A DNA stretch of 64,000 bases, taken from positions 103,995,586-104,059,585 of the forward strand of contig NC_092382.1 in the NCBI RefSeq assembly GCF_030028105.1, written 5' to 3'. The position numbers and the translations under genes were made by a program. Shown piece after piece: positions 12,458-25,179 of this stretch; position 1 is the first letter of the stretch; each line of letters begins with the position of its first letter. The stretch comes from Mobula birostris. Its lineage: Eukaryota. The notes under the pieces were generated by a model. That model was not told the DNA's origin and did no database searches. It saw only the letters and a list, made by a program, of their open reading frames with translations.

Positions 12458-12654
12458 CTGTAAATGGGGAGCAGAGAACAGTGAGTGACGATATTGGGTT
12501 TTGCTGACAGTGAAACTGTGTCCCCACAGGGACCCTTCATGTCGTATCCGATATAAATAGTTACGAGTATATTCAGGGAAGGCAAATTTACCCTGCAACT
12601 ATCCATTTTTCGCAGACTTGTTCACTATAGATAATTGGCCTCATGATTTACACT

Positions 12655-12980
12655 CAATGTTATGGAACAGTTGTTGCCCCTCAACCATCAGGAAGAAGGT
12701 CCAGGAGCCTCAGGAGTCTCACAACCAGTTTCAAGAAGATATACTATCCCTCAACGATCTGAAGGGTGGTACAGGAGCCTCAGGACTCACACCACCGGGT
12801 TCAGGGACAGTTATTACCCAACAAAAATCAGGAAGAAGGTACAGGAGCCTCAGAGCCCTACACTACCAGGTTCTGGAAAATTATTACCACTCAACCATCA
12901 GGATGGGTGTCTAGGAGCCTCAGGACTCAGACATCCAGGTTTCCTAACGGTTGCTACCCCTGAACCATCATGAAGGAGGT
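12655..12980 (+). repeat. ~69-bp tandem repeat derived from a Rex/Babar-like LINE 3' end
   Basis: About five units of CCTCAACCATCAGGAAGAAGGTACAGGAGCCTCAGGACTCACACCACC... A composite of the units reads SGRRYRSLRTHTTRFRNSYYPSTIR. Confidence 0.65.
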
Positions 12981-12996
12981 AAAAAAGGCTGAGGTC

Positions 12997-13052
12997 TCAG
13001 GCGGTCACCCATCCAAGTACTGACCAGGCCTGAGCCTGCTTAGCTTCGGAGC
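12997..13052 (-). rRNA. 5S rRNA fragment (pseudogene or 5S-derived piece)
   Basis: Reverse complement GAAGCTAAGCAGGCTCAGGCCTGGTCAGTACTTGGATGGGTGACCGCCTG matches the vertebrate 5S internal control region. A T6 run follows. Confidence 0.8.
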
Positions 13053-13059
13053 AGAGGGA

Positions 13060-13945
13060 GCTGGGGTTACATGTCCACTTACTTTTATGGGTACTGTAAT
13101 GGGGACCCACAACTCACAGGGAGGAAGAGCTATCCCCCACGGACTGATGTTTCCTCTAGCTGAACCCAGGTTCATCTAGAGACCCCAGCCTTGGAATCAC
13201 ACCTTCGTGGCATTTTGTATTATTATTCGCGATTCTTGGTTCTAATTTGTTCAGGCAGTAGATCGATTAAGCTTTATTCTGCTAATTTCAATGATATATT
13301 GACAGATGAATACACATGGCTAATGACAAAGTACAATTCATTTCTTTTAATGTCACTGGACTGTCAAATCCAATCAAACGCTGCAAAATTCTATCTAAAA
13401 TGAATAAAAAAGAACAAGCCCATGTACTATATTTACAGGAAGCTCACTTCAGTGATAAATAGCATGGAAAACGAAAAAGAATGGGCTTCACTAATTTGTT
13501 TTTCTCCTCATATAAATCAGGACATGAGAGAGGGGTTGTTATTCTTAGCTCAAGCAAGCTAAATTTCGAAAAAGTATCCGAAATGGAATATAAGGAGGGC
13601 AGATATATTCTGGTAAGGGGGAATATAGATGGGAATTCAGATACCCCGTTGAATATAAAAGCGCACCCAGGAAGTGGCAATTCGTTTCTTTCATAAAATT
13701 ACTAATATATTGGAATGGAAACAGAGGGTCTCCTGATATGTGGAGGAGGCGTAGATCTACAATTACACCCAAATTTAGATTCTTCCGATAGAAAAGCCTA
13801 TGATACAAAATCCTAACATAAGAAAGTTAATACACTTTTTGAGAAAGTTGGCTTAATAGATATATGGTGGGACCTTTCCCCGACAAAAGGGATTACATTC
13901 AATATTCTGTCCCACTTTTTGTATATACAAGTACAGACTACTTAA
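13060..13945 (+). mobile_element. L1/Tx1-like LINE ORF2 endonuclease (APE) fragment, decayed
   Basis: From 13316: MANDKVQFISFNVTGLSNPIKRCKILSKM..VLYLQEAH..GHERGVVIL..EGRYILVRG, with stops and frameshifts. Confidence 0.85.
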
Positions 13946-13954
13946 TGTGTCAGT

Positions 13955-14170
13955 GCGTGGCCAAGTGGTTGAGGCGTCGGTCTAGTGAACTGAAGGTCGC
14001 TGGTTCGATCCTCAGCTGTGGCAGCCTGTTGTGTCTTTGAGCAAGGCACTTAACCACACGGTGCTCTGCGACGACACCGGTGCCAAGCTGTATCGGCCCT
14101 ATTGCCCTTCCCTTGGACAACATCGGTGGCGTGGAGAGCGGAGGCTTGCAGCATGGACAACTGCCGGCTG
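13955..14170 (+). mobile_element. tRNA-derived SINE
   Basis: A box TGGCCAAGTGG and B box GGTTCGATCC, followed by a GTGTCTTTGAGCAAGGCACTTAAC core. Confidence 0.7.
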
Positions 14171-15042
14171 TCTTTGTTAGGAGAAAATTAGAATTCGAAC
14201 TTTTGACCCGCAATTTGACTGTAAGAAAAGGTGGGGCCCGTTACTATCATTTGATTTGAGTTAATTAAGATGATACCCTTCTGTTTCTTGTGTAATCGGA
14301 TTCTGTTGGTGGATTGATTTTTTGTTCATTTATGGAAGCGTGTATGGCGTACAGCTCCGGGATTGTGCTACCAAAGATTTTTTTAAATGTTTTTTCGGTC
14401 AGTGTTTTTTTTTATTTTTGGTTTAGTTAGCAGGGGTTCCAAAAAATATATTATTAGCATTTTTCCCTCTTATTATTGGTATACTGTTTAGCTTGGTTAA
14501 TTAGTTATCTGATAGTTTAACTCTTATTGTATATATTGATATGTTGATTTGACTATTGTACTGTGTTTTTGTTGATTTTAAATAATAATTAATCAAAAGA
14601 CTTATAAATGAATAAATAAACAATTAGAGAGTAAGAGCATGTATTTGGGGTGTGTACCTTAAGAGTAGGAAAATAGATAAATATTTAATGAATATACTGC
14701 TGGTGGTTGGGAAAAAAAAAAGACCATTAACAGGAAATCGTTATCACAGGAAGCCCAACTTTAAATGTATTGATGGAAATTACAATGGACATTTACAAAA
14801 TGGGGAAGCATCTGTTAATCATAAGTTGGAACAATATGATACATACTGGGGAAAATGGTTTAACTACATAACACCTCATAGGCCTGATTTTATTCTCAGA
14901 AGTGAATTAATATGTTGTAATAAAAATGATCACTCCGTACTTGCAGTTAGCTTTCTTCTTTCACTTGTTCTTTCTCTCCTTTCCTTTCGATAAGTGTATA
15001 CCTCAGATAAATATTATTTGGAGATTTATGACAAATATGATT

Positions 15043-15600
15043 GTTGTTGTTCGTCCATCGTACGTCGATGAGGACCTCGACACCATTATTGATGATGTCG
15101 AGACTAGCTCGTCACTTTGATTTAAGTGAGGGAGAGTTGCGCAACGTCAGCCACAGTCTCTCTTCCCAATTCCCATCTGGATCCAGTGGCAAGACAGAGT
15201 CGAGACGGCTGGAGATGGGACTAGGCGCAGTGGATGACAAGGACGTCTTCTGTGTCTTGTTCTGCTCTACACGTTCCACGACCCTTGCAGAGACCGCCTT
15301 CTTGACCGTTGGACCTTCCATTGGTCTCGTCCACTCAATCCGCCGGAGTCTGTCTTCACATGCTGGGATAGACAGCTCCCTATCTCACCGAGGGTTTCAG
15401 ACCCGTCGGCTACCCTCACCTGGTTTAGCCAGCTTGTCGAAGCCCGGAGTGTGGCTGTTGTCGCATGCAAACAGCTACGGGGAGCCACAGGTGAGAGCTG
15501 AGTGCCAGGTGGGGACCAAAGGTGGACTAACCGCCTTGAAAAGGACGCGACATGTTTCCCCACCGGAGGTGCTACCCCTCCCTGACACCCCATACACCCC
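15043..15600 (-). mobile_element. Non-autonomous RTE-like retroelement with 12-bp target-site duplication
   Basis: Flanked by ACAAATATGATT at 15031-15042 and 15601-15612, with a (CAA)n tail on the minus strand. The family assignment is inference. Confidence 0.6.
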
Positions 15601-15622
15601 ACAAATATGATTACATGATATA

Positions 15623-17225
15623 CAAATCCCATTTCCAGAAAAGTTGGGATATTTTCCAAAATGCAATAATAAACAAAAATCTGTGATATGTTAATTCACG
15701 CGAACATTTATTTAACTAAAAAAAAGTACAAAGAAAAGATTTTCAATAGTTTTACTGACCAACTTACTTGTAATTTGTAAACATACACAAATTTAGAATT
15801 TAATGGCTGCAACAAACTCAACAAAAGTTGGGACAGAGGCATGTTTACCATTGTGTTACAGCACTTTTTTTCTTTTAATAACACTTTTTAATCGTTTTGG
15901 AACTGAGGATACTAATTGTAGTAGATTTGCAATTGGAAATTTTGTCCATTCTTGCTTGATATAAGACTTCAGCAGCTCAACAGTCCGTGGTCTCCGTTGT
16001 CTGATTCTCCTTTTCATGATGCGCCATACATTTTCAATAGGAGATAGATCTGGACTGGCAGCAGGCCGGTCAAGCACACGCACTCTTGTCTACAAGGCCA
16101 CGCTGTTATAGCCCGTGCCGAATGTGGTCTGGCATTGTCCTGGTGAAATAAGCATGGATGTCCCGGATGATACGTCGCCTTGATGGTAACGTACGTGTCC
16201 CTAAAATCCTAATATACGCCTCAGAGTCAATGGTACCTTCACATACATGCAACTCACCCATCCGTGGGCACTTATGCACCCCCATACCATCACAGATGCT
16301 GGCTTTTGCGCATTTCGCTGATAATAATCTGGATGGTCGTTTTCAACTTTGGCGCGGAGAACTCGACGCCCGTTTTTTCCGAAAACTAGCTGGAATGTGG
16401 ACTCATCTGACCACAGCACACGTTTCTACAGTCTTTCGGTCCATCTGAGATGAGCTCGGGCCCAGAGAACTCGCCAGCATTTCTGCATAGAGTTGATGTT
16501 TGGCTTCCTCCTTGCGTAATACAGTTTCAAGTTGCATTTCTGGATGCAGCGACGGACTGTGTTGAGTGACAATTGTTTTCCGAAGTACTCCCGAGCCCAG
16601 GTGGCTATAATTGTCACAGTAGCATGACGGTTTCTTAGGCAGTGCCGCCTGAGGGCTCGAAGATCACGCGGATTCAACAGTGGTTTCCGACCTTGCCCTT
16701 TACGCACTGAGATGTCTCTGAATTCTCTGAATCTGTTCACAATATTATGTACTGTAGATGTTGAAAGACCAAAATTCTCTTCAATCTTGCGTTGAGAAAT
16801 GTTCCTTTTGAACTGACTAACAAGTCTCTCAGGAATTTTGGCACAAAGGGGTGAGCCACGACCCATCCTTGCTTGCAAAGACTGAGCCTTTGATTGACGC
16901 TACTTTTATACCCAGTCATGATACCTCACCTGCTACCAATTAGCCTGTTTAATGTGGAGTCCTCCAATCCGGTGTTACTTGAATATTCTGTGCATTTCCA
17001 ATCTTATTTTGACCCTGTCTCAACTTCTGTTGAGTGTGTTGCAACCATCAAATTCTAAATGTGTGTATATTTACAAAATACAATTAAGTTGGTCAGTAAA
17101 ACTATTAACAATCTTTCCTTTGAACTTTTGTCAGTTAAATAAAGGTTCACGTGAATTAACATATCACAGATGTTTGTTTTTATTGCATTTTGGAATTATC
17201 CAAACTTTTCTGGAAATAGAGTTTG
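15623..17225 (-). mobile_element. Full-length Tc1-family DNA transposon (IR/DR type) with disrupted transposase
   Basis: ~210-bp terminal inverted repeats with internal AAAAGTTGGGA direct repeats and TA flanks. The transposase is split over ORFs 16426-16878 (HTH, GRKP), 16201-16419 (WSDES) and 15856-16083 (SPDLSPIENVW). Confidence 0.95.
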
Positions 17226-17296
17226 TATATGTACAGTATTTGAAATATATCTTATGGAAACGTTTGATGATGAAGTTCTATATAAAAAATACAAAA

Positions 17297-17847
17297 AGTG
17301 CTGAAGATGAAAAAAGAATGGCTTCTACAACAGGAGGATGATCCTAAACACACCTCAAAATCCGCAACGGACTACTTCAAGAGGCGCACGATGAAGGATT
17401 TACCATGGCTTTTACAGTCCACCGAACTAAACATCATCCAAAATCTGTGGATAGACCTCAAAAGAGCAATGCATACAAGACGGCCCAAGAATTTCACAGA
17501 ACTAGAAACCTTTTGCAATGTAGAATGGGCAAAAATCCCCCAAACAAGAATTGAAAGACTTTTAGCTGCCTACAGAATGCGTTTAGACGCTACCACACTT
17601 GCCAAAGCGCCTGTTACAAAGTACTGACCATACAGGGTGCCCAAACGTTTGCTTCGGGCCCTCTTCCTTTCTGTTATTTTGAAACATTAAAATATGGAAT
17701 TAAAAAAAGTAATCTTGCTTAAAATATTAAAGAAATGTGGCATCTTTAACATGATGCCTTTTGGAAATCAGGTCATCTTTTACTCGGTTATCTATTCACA
17801 GTAACAGAAATTTTGAGCAGGGATGCCCAAACTTTTGCATGCCGCTG
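17297..17847 (+). mobile_element. 3' part of a second Tc1-family transposon
   Basis: ORF 17298-17627 (QQEDDPKHTSK..STELNIIQNLW..TKY). Ends ..CAAACTTTTGCATGCCGCTG|TA. The same end recurs at 36367-36630. Confidence 0.85.
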
Positions 17848-18064
17848 TATATGCATCAGGACCTCCGGCTGCTCACTCACCCACTTAAGAATCATTGAGA
17901 AGGAATGGTGTGCTGAGAGAAGAGGAAGGAAGGGGAGGAGAGTGGAGGCGACAGAACGGCTGTTCAGCTTGCAGCCGTTGGAGCAGAACGTGTGAGTCGC
18001 CATTTTCTTCCACCCTGTTTCTGACTGGAAGCTGTTTAAACACCAAAATCCCCTAACTATGACT

Positions 18065-18440
18065 TTGAATCAGACACAGAGTAAATCTCCCTCCACACCG
18101 ACCCATCGCACACACCCGGAGTAAGACACAGAATTAAGCTCCCTCCACACGGTCCCATCACACACTCCCGGGGTCAGGCACTGAATGAAGCTCCCTCCAC
18201 ACCGTCCCATCACACACTCCCGGGCTCAGACATAGTGTGAAGCTCCCTCCACACTGTACCATCACACGTTCCCAGGTGTCGGATACAGAGCGCAGCTCTC
18301 TCCTCACCATCCGAAAATCCACTCCCTTGTTTACACAAACAGTGAAGCTCACAACATATTGTCCCATCACTCTCCCGCGGTCAGATATTTGAAGTACACC
18401 CGCACCATCGCAGCACACTCTGCTGGTATCAGAAAATGTG
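18065..18440 (-). repeat. 52-bp satellite array
   Basis: Tandem units visible. Confidence 0.85.
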
Positions 18441-18475
18441 CGCAGTTCCCACCCGCCGCCGCTCTCCCCACTCAC

Positions 18476-18720
18476 CAATACCCAGCGCTTCGGCGTTCCA
18501 GTAGTCTCGAACTGTGTGTGTCTCTCGGAAATGGTGTCTGTGTGTGTGTGACCGGATGGTGTGCTGCGTGAACGGGAAGGGGAAGGAAGGGGAGGAGAGA
18601 GGAGGCCAGGGAAGGGGTTGTGAGATTGCAGATACTGATGCAAATGGTGTGGAACCACGTGACCGGCCTGTGCATGCAGAGCTTGGAGAGGCTCAGAGCC
18701 TGGCGATAGATATTCGGTGG
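18476..18720 (-). promoter_or_regulatory. Putative promoter and non-coding leader exon of a lectin-receptor unit (copy 1)
   Basis: Aligns with 51630-51843 and 24123-24365. Ends GAGACTACTGGAACGCCGAAGCGCTGGGTATTG|gtgag. Contains octamer ATGCAAAT (18638-18645) and CACGTGGTT. Confidence 0.5.
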
Positions 18721-19196
18721 AAGGGAGAAGTGTATCACCACACGTCATTTCTCCCTCAGACTTCCCACAATTGCCGCTGAACACAGAAAGGGAGGCGCGT
18801 GGGACGGATTGAAGGGTTTTACTGGATGGATCGTGTCATGGCGACGGAGTGGGCGGTAAGGAAGGTAGGGAATGTGTGCAGGAGAGGCAATGGGTCACGG
18901 AGTATGGTACGTTTAAAGGAAGGGAGGAGTGACGGAGACGGGAGTAGTGTAGTGCAGGGAGTATGTGAGGGGGACGAGGAGTAGTGCAGAAGAGGGAGAG
19001 TTGGACAGATTCCGGGTGGGGGGTGTTTGCCGAGGGAGGGTTCTATGCATACAGGGAGGAGGGTTTCCGTATGACTGTGAATGGCCTGACTCTGGGTCAG
19101 TATCTCTCAGTGGTGAGGTTCTGCTACGGTGCAACGTCTCGTTGTGTCGGTGTCACGATGCGGGCGTGTTCGTGTCACGACGGGGGAGGGGGGAGG

Positions 19197-21945
19197 GGTG
19201 ATGAACTGAGAGCTTGGATACATACATGGAATTGTGACGTAGTGGCCATTACCGAGCCTCGGCTGGCACCAGGGCAGGAATGGGTTCTCAATATCCCTGG
19301 ATTTCAGTGCTTTTAACAGGATGGGGGAGGGGCGCGGGGATTGAAGAGGAGGAGGGGTAACATTACTGGTCGGGATACCACTACAGCTACAGGAAGGGTG
19401 GGTAATAGAGCACGATCCTCTTTTGAGTCAGTATGAGTGGAACTCAGGAACAGGAAGGGAGCAGTTACTCTATTGGGAGTATTCTATAGGCTCCCTGTTA
19501 GCAGCAGAGATACCGCGGAGCAGATTGGGAGACAGATTTTGGGAAGGTGCAAAAATAACAGGGATTTTACCTTGTGTGTCTTTCACTTCCCGAATATTTG
19601 TTTGGCACCTGGTTAGTTCCAATGTTTAGACGGGGCAGAGTTTGTTGAGTGTGTCCAGGACGGATTCCTCTCACAGTATGTCGACAGCCCGACTCGGGTG
19701 AATACCGTACTAGATCTAGTACTAGGTAACGAACCGGGTCTGGTCACAGATCTCTCAGTGGGTGAGCATCTGGCGGACAGTGAGCACCGCTCGAGGCCTT
19801 TAAAATAATCATGGAAAAAGATAGAATCACAGAGGGCAGGAAAAATCTTAATTGGGGAAGGGCACATTATGAGGCGATAAGGCTAATCCTTGAGGCTGTG
19901 AATTAGGATGATATTTTTGCAGGAAAATGTACGATGGACACGTGGTCGATGTTTAGGGATCTCTTTCAGGATGTTAAGAACAAATTTGTCCCGGTGAGGA
20001 AGATAAAGAGTGGTAGGGTGAAGGAACCATGGGTGACAAGTGAGGTGGAAAATCTAGTCAGGTGGAAGAAGGCAGCATACATGAGGCTTAGGAAGCAAAG
20101 CTTAGATGAGTCTATTGAGGAATATACGGTAGCATTAAAGGAGCTGAAGAAGGGGCTGAGGAGAGCAAGAAGGGGGCATGAGAAGGCCTTGGCGAGTACG
20201 GTAAAGGAAAACCCAAAGGCATTCTTCAATGATGTGAAGACCAAAGGGATGTCAGGAGTGAAGGTAGGACCGCTGAGGGATAAAAGTGTGAAATATACCT
20301 GCAGGCTGTGGAATTGAGCGAGGTCCTCAATGAATACTTTTCTTCGGTATTCACCAATTAGAGGGAACTTGATGACGGTGAGGACAATATGAGTGAGGTT
20401 GATGTTTCGCAGCATGTTGATATTAAGGGAGAAGAGGTGTTGGAGTTGTTAAAATACTTTAGGACGTATAAGCTACCGGGGACTGACGGACTATTCCACA
20501 GACTGCTCCACGAGGCGAGGGAAGATATTTCTGAGGCTCTGGCTAGGATCTTTGTGTCCTCGTTGTCCACAGAAATGGTACCGGAGGATTGGAGGGATGC
20601 GAATGTTGTCCCCTTTTACTAAAAATTTAGCAGGGATATTCGGAGTAATTATAGAGCAGTGAGCCTTATGTCTGTGGTAGGAAGCTGTTGGAAAAGATCC
20701 TTAGAGTCAGGACCTATAGGTCTGGTAGAGTCCTTTGAGCAGGTGTAAAGGCAAGCAGAGGAGGGGAGAGGATGTGATATACATGGACTTTAGTAAGGCA
20801 TTTCACAAGTTTCCACGCGGTAGGCTTATTCAGAAAGTCAGAAGGCATGGGTTTAGGGAAGGTTTGGCCAAGCGGATACAGAATTTTCTTGCATGCACAA
20901 GGTAGAGGGTCGCTGTGCATGGAGTGCATTCCGATTGGAGGTTTGTGACTAGTAGTGTCCCAAAAGGTTCGGTTCTGGGACCTCTACTTTTCGTGATTTT
21001 AATTAACGACCTGGATGTGGGGGTAGAAGGGAGGGTTGGCAATCTTGCAGACGGCACAACAGGTTGGTGGTGCTGTGGATAGTGTAGTGGATTGACGAAG
21101 ATTGCAGAAAGAAATTGATAGAATGCAGAAGTGGGCTAAGAAGTGGCAGATGGAGTTCAACCCAGAGAAGTGTGCGGTGGTGCACTTTGGAAGGACAAAC
21201 TTCAAGATACAGTACAAAGTAAATGGAAGGATACTTGGTTTTGTGGACGAGCAGAAGGATCTAGGGGAACATGTACACAGATCCCTGAAAGATGTCTCAC
21301 AGGTAGATAGGGTAGTTAAGAAAGCTTATAGAGTGTTTTATTTAATCAGTCGAGGGATAGTGTTTAGGAGTCATGGGGTAATAATGCAGTTCTATAAAAC
21401 TCTGGTGAGGCCACACTTGGAGTACTGTGTCCAGTACTGAACGCCTCACGATAGGCGGGATATGGAGGCAATGGAAAGGGTGCAGAGTTGATTTACCAGG
21501 ATGCTGCCTGGTTTAGAAAGTATGTATTATGATCAGAGATTAAGGGAGCCAGGGGTTTACTCTTTGGAGAGAAGGGCGATGAATGGTGACATATTAGAGG
21601 TATATAAGGTATTAAGAGGAATAGGTGGAGTGGACAACCAGCGCATCTTCCCCAGTCCACCACTGCTCAATAAAAGAGGACATGCTTTAAGGTAAGGGGT
21701 GGGAAGTTGAAGGACGATATTAGTGGTAGTTTTTTTTTACTCACAGAGTGGCTGGTTTAAGTAATGCACTGCCTGAGTCAGCGTGGAGACAAATACACTA
21801 GTGAAATTTAAGAGACTGCTAGACAGGTATATGGAGGAATTTAATGCGGGGGCTTATATGGGAGGTAGGGTTTAAGGGTCGGCACAACGTTGTGGGCTGA
21901 AGGGCCTGTACTGTGCTGTACTATTCTATGTTCTATGTTCTATGA
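19197..21945 (+). mobile_element. CR1 LINE ORF2 (EN+RT), decayed, with 3' tail
   Basis: DELRAWIHTWNCDVVAITE, VKEPWVTSEV, WQMEFNPEKC and LVRPHLEYCVQ motifs. Ends (TTCTATG)3. Confidence 0.95.
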
Positions 21946-22159
21946 AAACGGAATACTATGAGCTGTTTTTCAGCATCAGTCTAAAGGCGGTGTCCGTGTC
22001 ACAGTGAGGTCCGTGTGTCTCGATCACCACCTATACCGTCTGTTAAGTGGTGATTCCCTCTGTTTATCAATGCATCTTCAATACCCCTGATCTCCCCACC
22101 CCCCGTTTTTTTCCCATCAGGTGAGCTCAAATCTCTCTCTGCTCTTTCTACAGAGTAGA

Positions 22160-24110
22160 AAACTTTAATCACAGAACAGAACAGATCATTCGGCCCAAAG
22201 ATTGTGATGTACCATTTTAACTGAATACCTTCTGCCTGCACAGCGTCCGTCTCCCTGAAATCCCTGCTCACCCACGAGACTGTTAAAGAGTCAGTTTTAA
22301 GCCTCTGTGGATCTCCCTCCACTACCAGCACTGGGAGCACCTTCCAATCACCCAGCAGTCTCTGTGAAAACAAAAATCTTGCCAAACTTATCTCCTTTGA
22401 ACCCACCCCCTCTCGTCTTAGTCTGAGTCATCTAGCATTAGGCATGTGCACCCTGAAGGTAAATGTACACGCTGTCTGGTCTATTTGCGTCTCATTGTGA
22501 TGTAAACCTCAATACGAAACTGAACCCGAGGTCAGACCTATGCTCTTCTCTAATAACGACGTATCCAATGGTATTACCAGCACTAGATGCAAAGCAGTGC
22601 AAAGCATAAATTTCTGTCCCCTGCCTTGTCCCATTCCGGAGGATGAGATCAAGTATTGCACTCTCTCGTTGTGACTTCATACGCACTGATTAAGGAAACC
22701 TTCTTGAAAACATTTGACAAAATAACCCACTGGTTCTTTCACAGTATGAGGATCACAGTCAATCCCTAGAATGTTAAAAACACCCAATGGACGAGTTCTT
22801 CAGTCTGTCCGAACTGAGCACCGCCATGATGTTTTCTCCAACAAGTAAAGCAGCCCCTCAGCCTAAATTATATATGCTTCAGCACGGCTCTAAACAGCGG
22901 TAAACTGGAGGGCTGAGTTAACAGACCTGCCCCTCCTGCACTCAAGTCTTACTGATGGCTAAACGATCGTGGTTCCAGGCGTTGATCCCGGCCCTGAGCT
23001 CATCTGCCTTGCGTGCAATGCTTCCTGTATTGAGACGTAGGCCGCTCAGAACACGAGTCACGGCAGGCTTAACCTTTTGCTGTCTGACGTTGTTGAGCTT
23101 TGACCAACATCTGTCCCATCTGACTCCACCATCTGTGATGCCATTCTGGTTTTTCATCCCCTGCAGCTTCACACCGACCCCTTTCTAATGGCAAACCCTC
23201 CCACTGGGATATTAGTTCCGCTGCAGTTCAGTTCAGGAAACCGTGGAGCTGCACAACGTGGGGGTGATGCGTCGCGGCCTCCGGACCTGAGTCTGTGCTG
23301 CCCCCCAGTGTTCGTTCGACAGATGACAAGCTCTGTTTTGGTAGATTGCCTCGATTTCGGAGTCAAATTACGTAGGGCCNNNNNNNNNNNNNNNNNNNNN
23401 NNNNNNNNNNNNNNNNNNNNNNNNNNNNNNNNNNNNNNNNNNNNNNNNNNNNNNNNNNNNNNNNNNNNNNNNNNNNNNNNNNNNNNNNNNNNNNNNNNNN
23501 NNNNNNNNNNNNNNNNNNNNNNNNNNNNNNNNNNNNNNNNNNNNNNNNNNNNNNNNNNNNNNNNNNGGAATGTATTTACCTGATCTCCTACATGTCCTTT
23601 CAATCTTTCTTTTTTTTAAATTCTATATTATTTGTGATTTATGATTTGTGCCGTGTACGACTCTTGGTATTATGTTTTGCTGCTTTGTCCTGGCTATATT
23701 CATGGTTATTCATGTATAAAAGAAATACAATTAAACAGAAATTGAATTGAATGAAATGCAATGAAATGAAACCGTCTCGTCCTGTAGAGGTCGCACCATC
23801 CTTGGAAGAGAGCCCAATGATCCACAAATCTGAAGCCCTCGTTCCGACAGCAACTCTTTAGCCCCATGATAAAATAAATTGTGTTTCTATTTCTGCAACA
23901 CCTGGACATACATAACTGTACTGAACCGCCTCCCTCTTTCTACTGGTATTACTGATACCCATAATGACCACTTACCATCGAGTAATCTCGCTCTCGTTCA
24001 CAGAATCACTTTCTCTGTTCCCGTAACAAAGAAAACCCCATTCGCTACAGCTCGTCACATTTTCACCTTCCGACTCCCTATTCCCTTCTGAGAGACAGAA
24101 CCACACTCAG
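22160..24110 (-). mobile_element. Decayed CR1 fragments (3' end, EN region, ORF1 esterase) spanning the assembly gap
   Basis: LNTGSIARKADELRAGINAWNHD and GFRFVDHWALFQG motifs on the minus strand. Confidence 0.75.
23380..23566. other. Assembly gap (187 N)
   Basis: Run of N. Confidence 1.
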
Positions 24111-24122
24111 TGCCAGAGACAC

Positions 24123-24365
24123 CAATCCTCAGCACTCCGCCGTTCTAATAGTCTTGAATTGTGACTCGGAGATTGCCCGTGTGTTTGTGTTCAGATGATG
24201 TGCAGGGAAGAGGAGAGAATGGGAAGACGGGCAGGGTGGTGTTAGTGGGAGCAGGGACGTGGTGGTGAGACAGTAGTCACTGGGAGGAAGCACCGTCGAA
24301 CCAAACGAGCGGCCTGTCCACACCGAACAGCGAAGAGGCGAGGAACCGAGAGATCGACATCCGAT
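24123..24365 (-). promoter_or_regulatory. Putative promoter/leader segment (copy 2, degenerate donor)
   Basis: Minus strand ..CACAATTCAAGACTATTAGAACGGCGGAGTGCTGAGGATTG|gtgtc aligns with 51810-51848 and 18476-18510. Confidence 0.45.
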
Positions 24366-25179
24366 TCCGGGGGCGGGGAGGGTGGGTGTGGTTGATGTAA
24401 CACCACACGTCACCGCTCCCCCTTGTCCCCACAATCATAGGTACTCAGAGAGGGAGGAGTGTAGAAGACGGAAAGTGTTGATGGAAACGTTGAGGGCTGC
24501 CGGAAATGGAGTGGGTCAGGGAGACGAGGAGAATGAGTTGGGGAAGGAAGAGATAGCGTAGACGACGAGGAGTGTAGGGGACGGATCGGTGATGGAGACG
24601 GGTTGTGTTGAAGCGGAAGATGATGACGGAAACGGGGCGGGGTGTATGGGGATGTCGTAGCTGCCGATGACGAGGTTGGCCGCTGGGGAAAGAGGATTGA
24701 CAACGAGGGGAATTGTAGCGCACGAAGAGACTGCTGGAGACAGGGAAGGGTGAAGTGACTCCTGGTGGCGACAGAGACTGGCGGTGTGTAGAAGAGCGAG
24801 AGTGTCATGGCGACGGGCAAGGGTGAAGGGATGAGAAGGTTGACTAGACCGGAGAGTGGTGCAGAGGAGAGAGGGATTGATAGAGACTGTGGAGGGGGAG
24901 AGCAGGGGATGAAGGAGTGTCTGACACGGGTAGCGGTGCAGAGGAGTGAGTGAGTCAGAGAGGTGGGGTGAATTTTACCTGTCGGATGGGGTGACGTAAA
25001 GCGGTTATGCTGTCGGGGTGGGAGGAGATGACGGAGGCGTGGAGGGATGCAGGTGAGTACGTACACGAGTTGGGAAGTCACATTGCAGTTGAACAAGACG
25101 TCGGCGAGGGACACATTGTTCGGCACAGCTCGCCCCCTTCTCTTCTGTGACCTCTGTTCGAAGTTAGATGTACGAATCA

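Larger units (their letters stand above)
14180..17297 (+). mobile_element. L1/Tx1-like 3' ends (ORF2 C-terminus and 3' UTR), interrupted by the RTE-like and Tc1 insertions
   Basis: YLMNILLVVGKK..YWGKWFNYITPHRPDF. The AT-rich UTR resumes after the Tc1 and ends in an A-rich tail at ~17290. Confidence 0.65.

Noticed and set aside
15623-17225. Active or domesticated Tc1 transposase
   Set aside because: Split across three frames, and the region around the second catalytic Asp is deleted
18472-18741. A TM exon for gene A
   Set aside because: No hydrophobic segment homologous to gene B exon 5. It aligns instead with the putative non-coding leader.
23169-23603. ORFs spanning 23169-23603
   Set aside because: Artefacts of reading through the N gap
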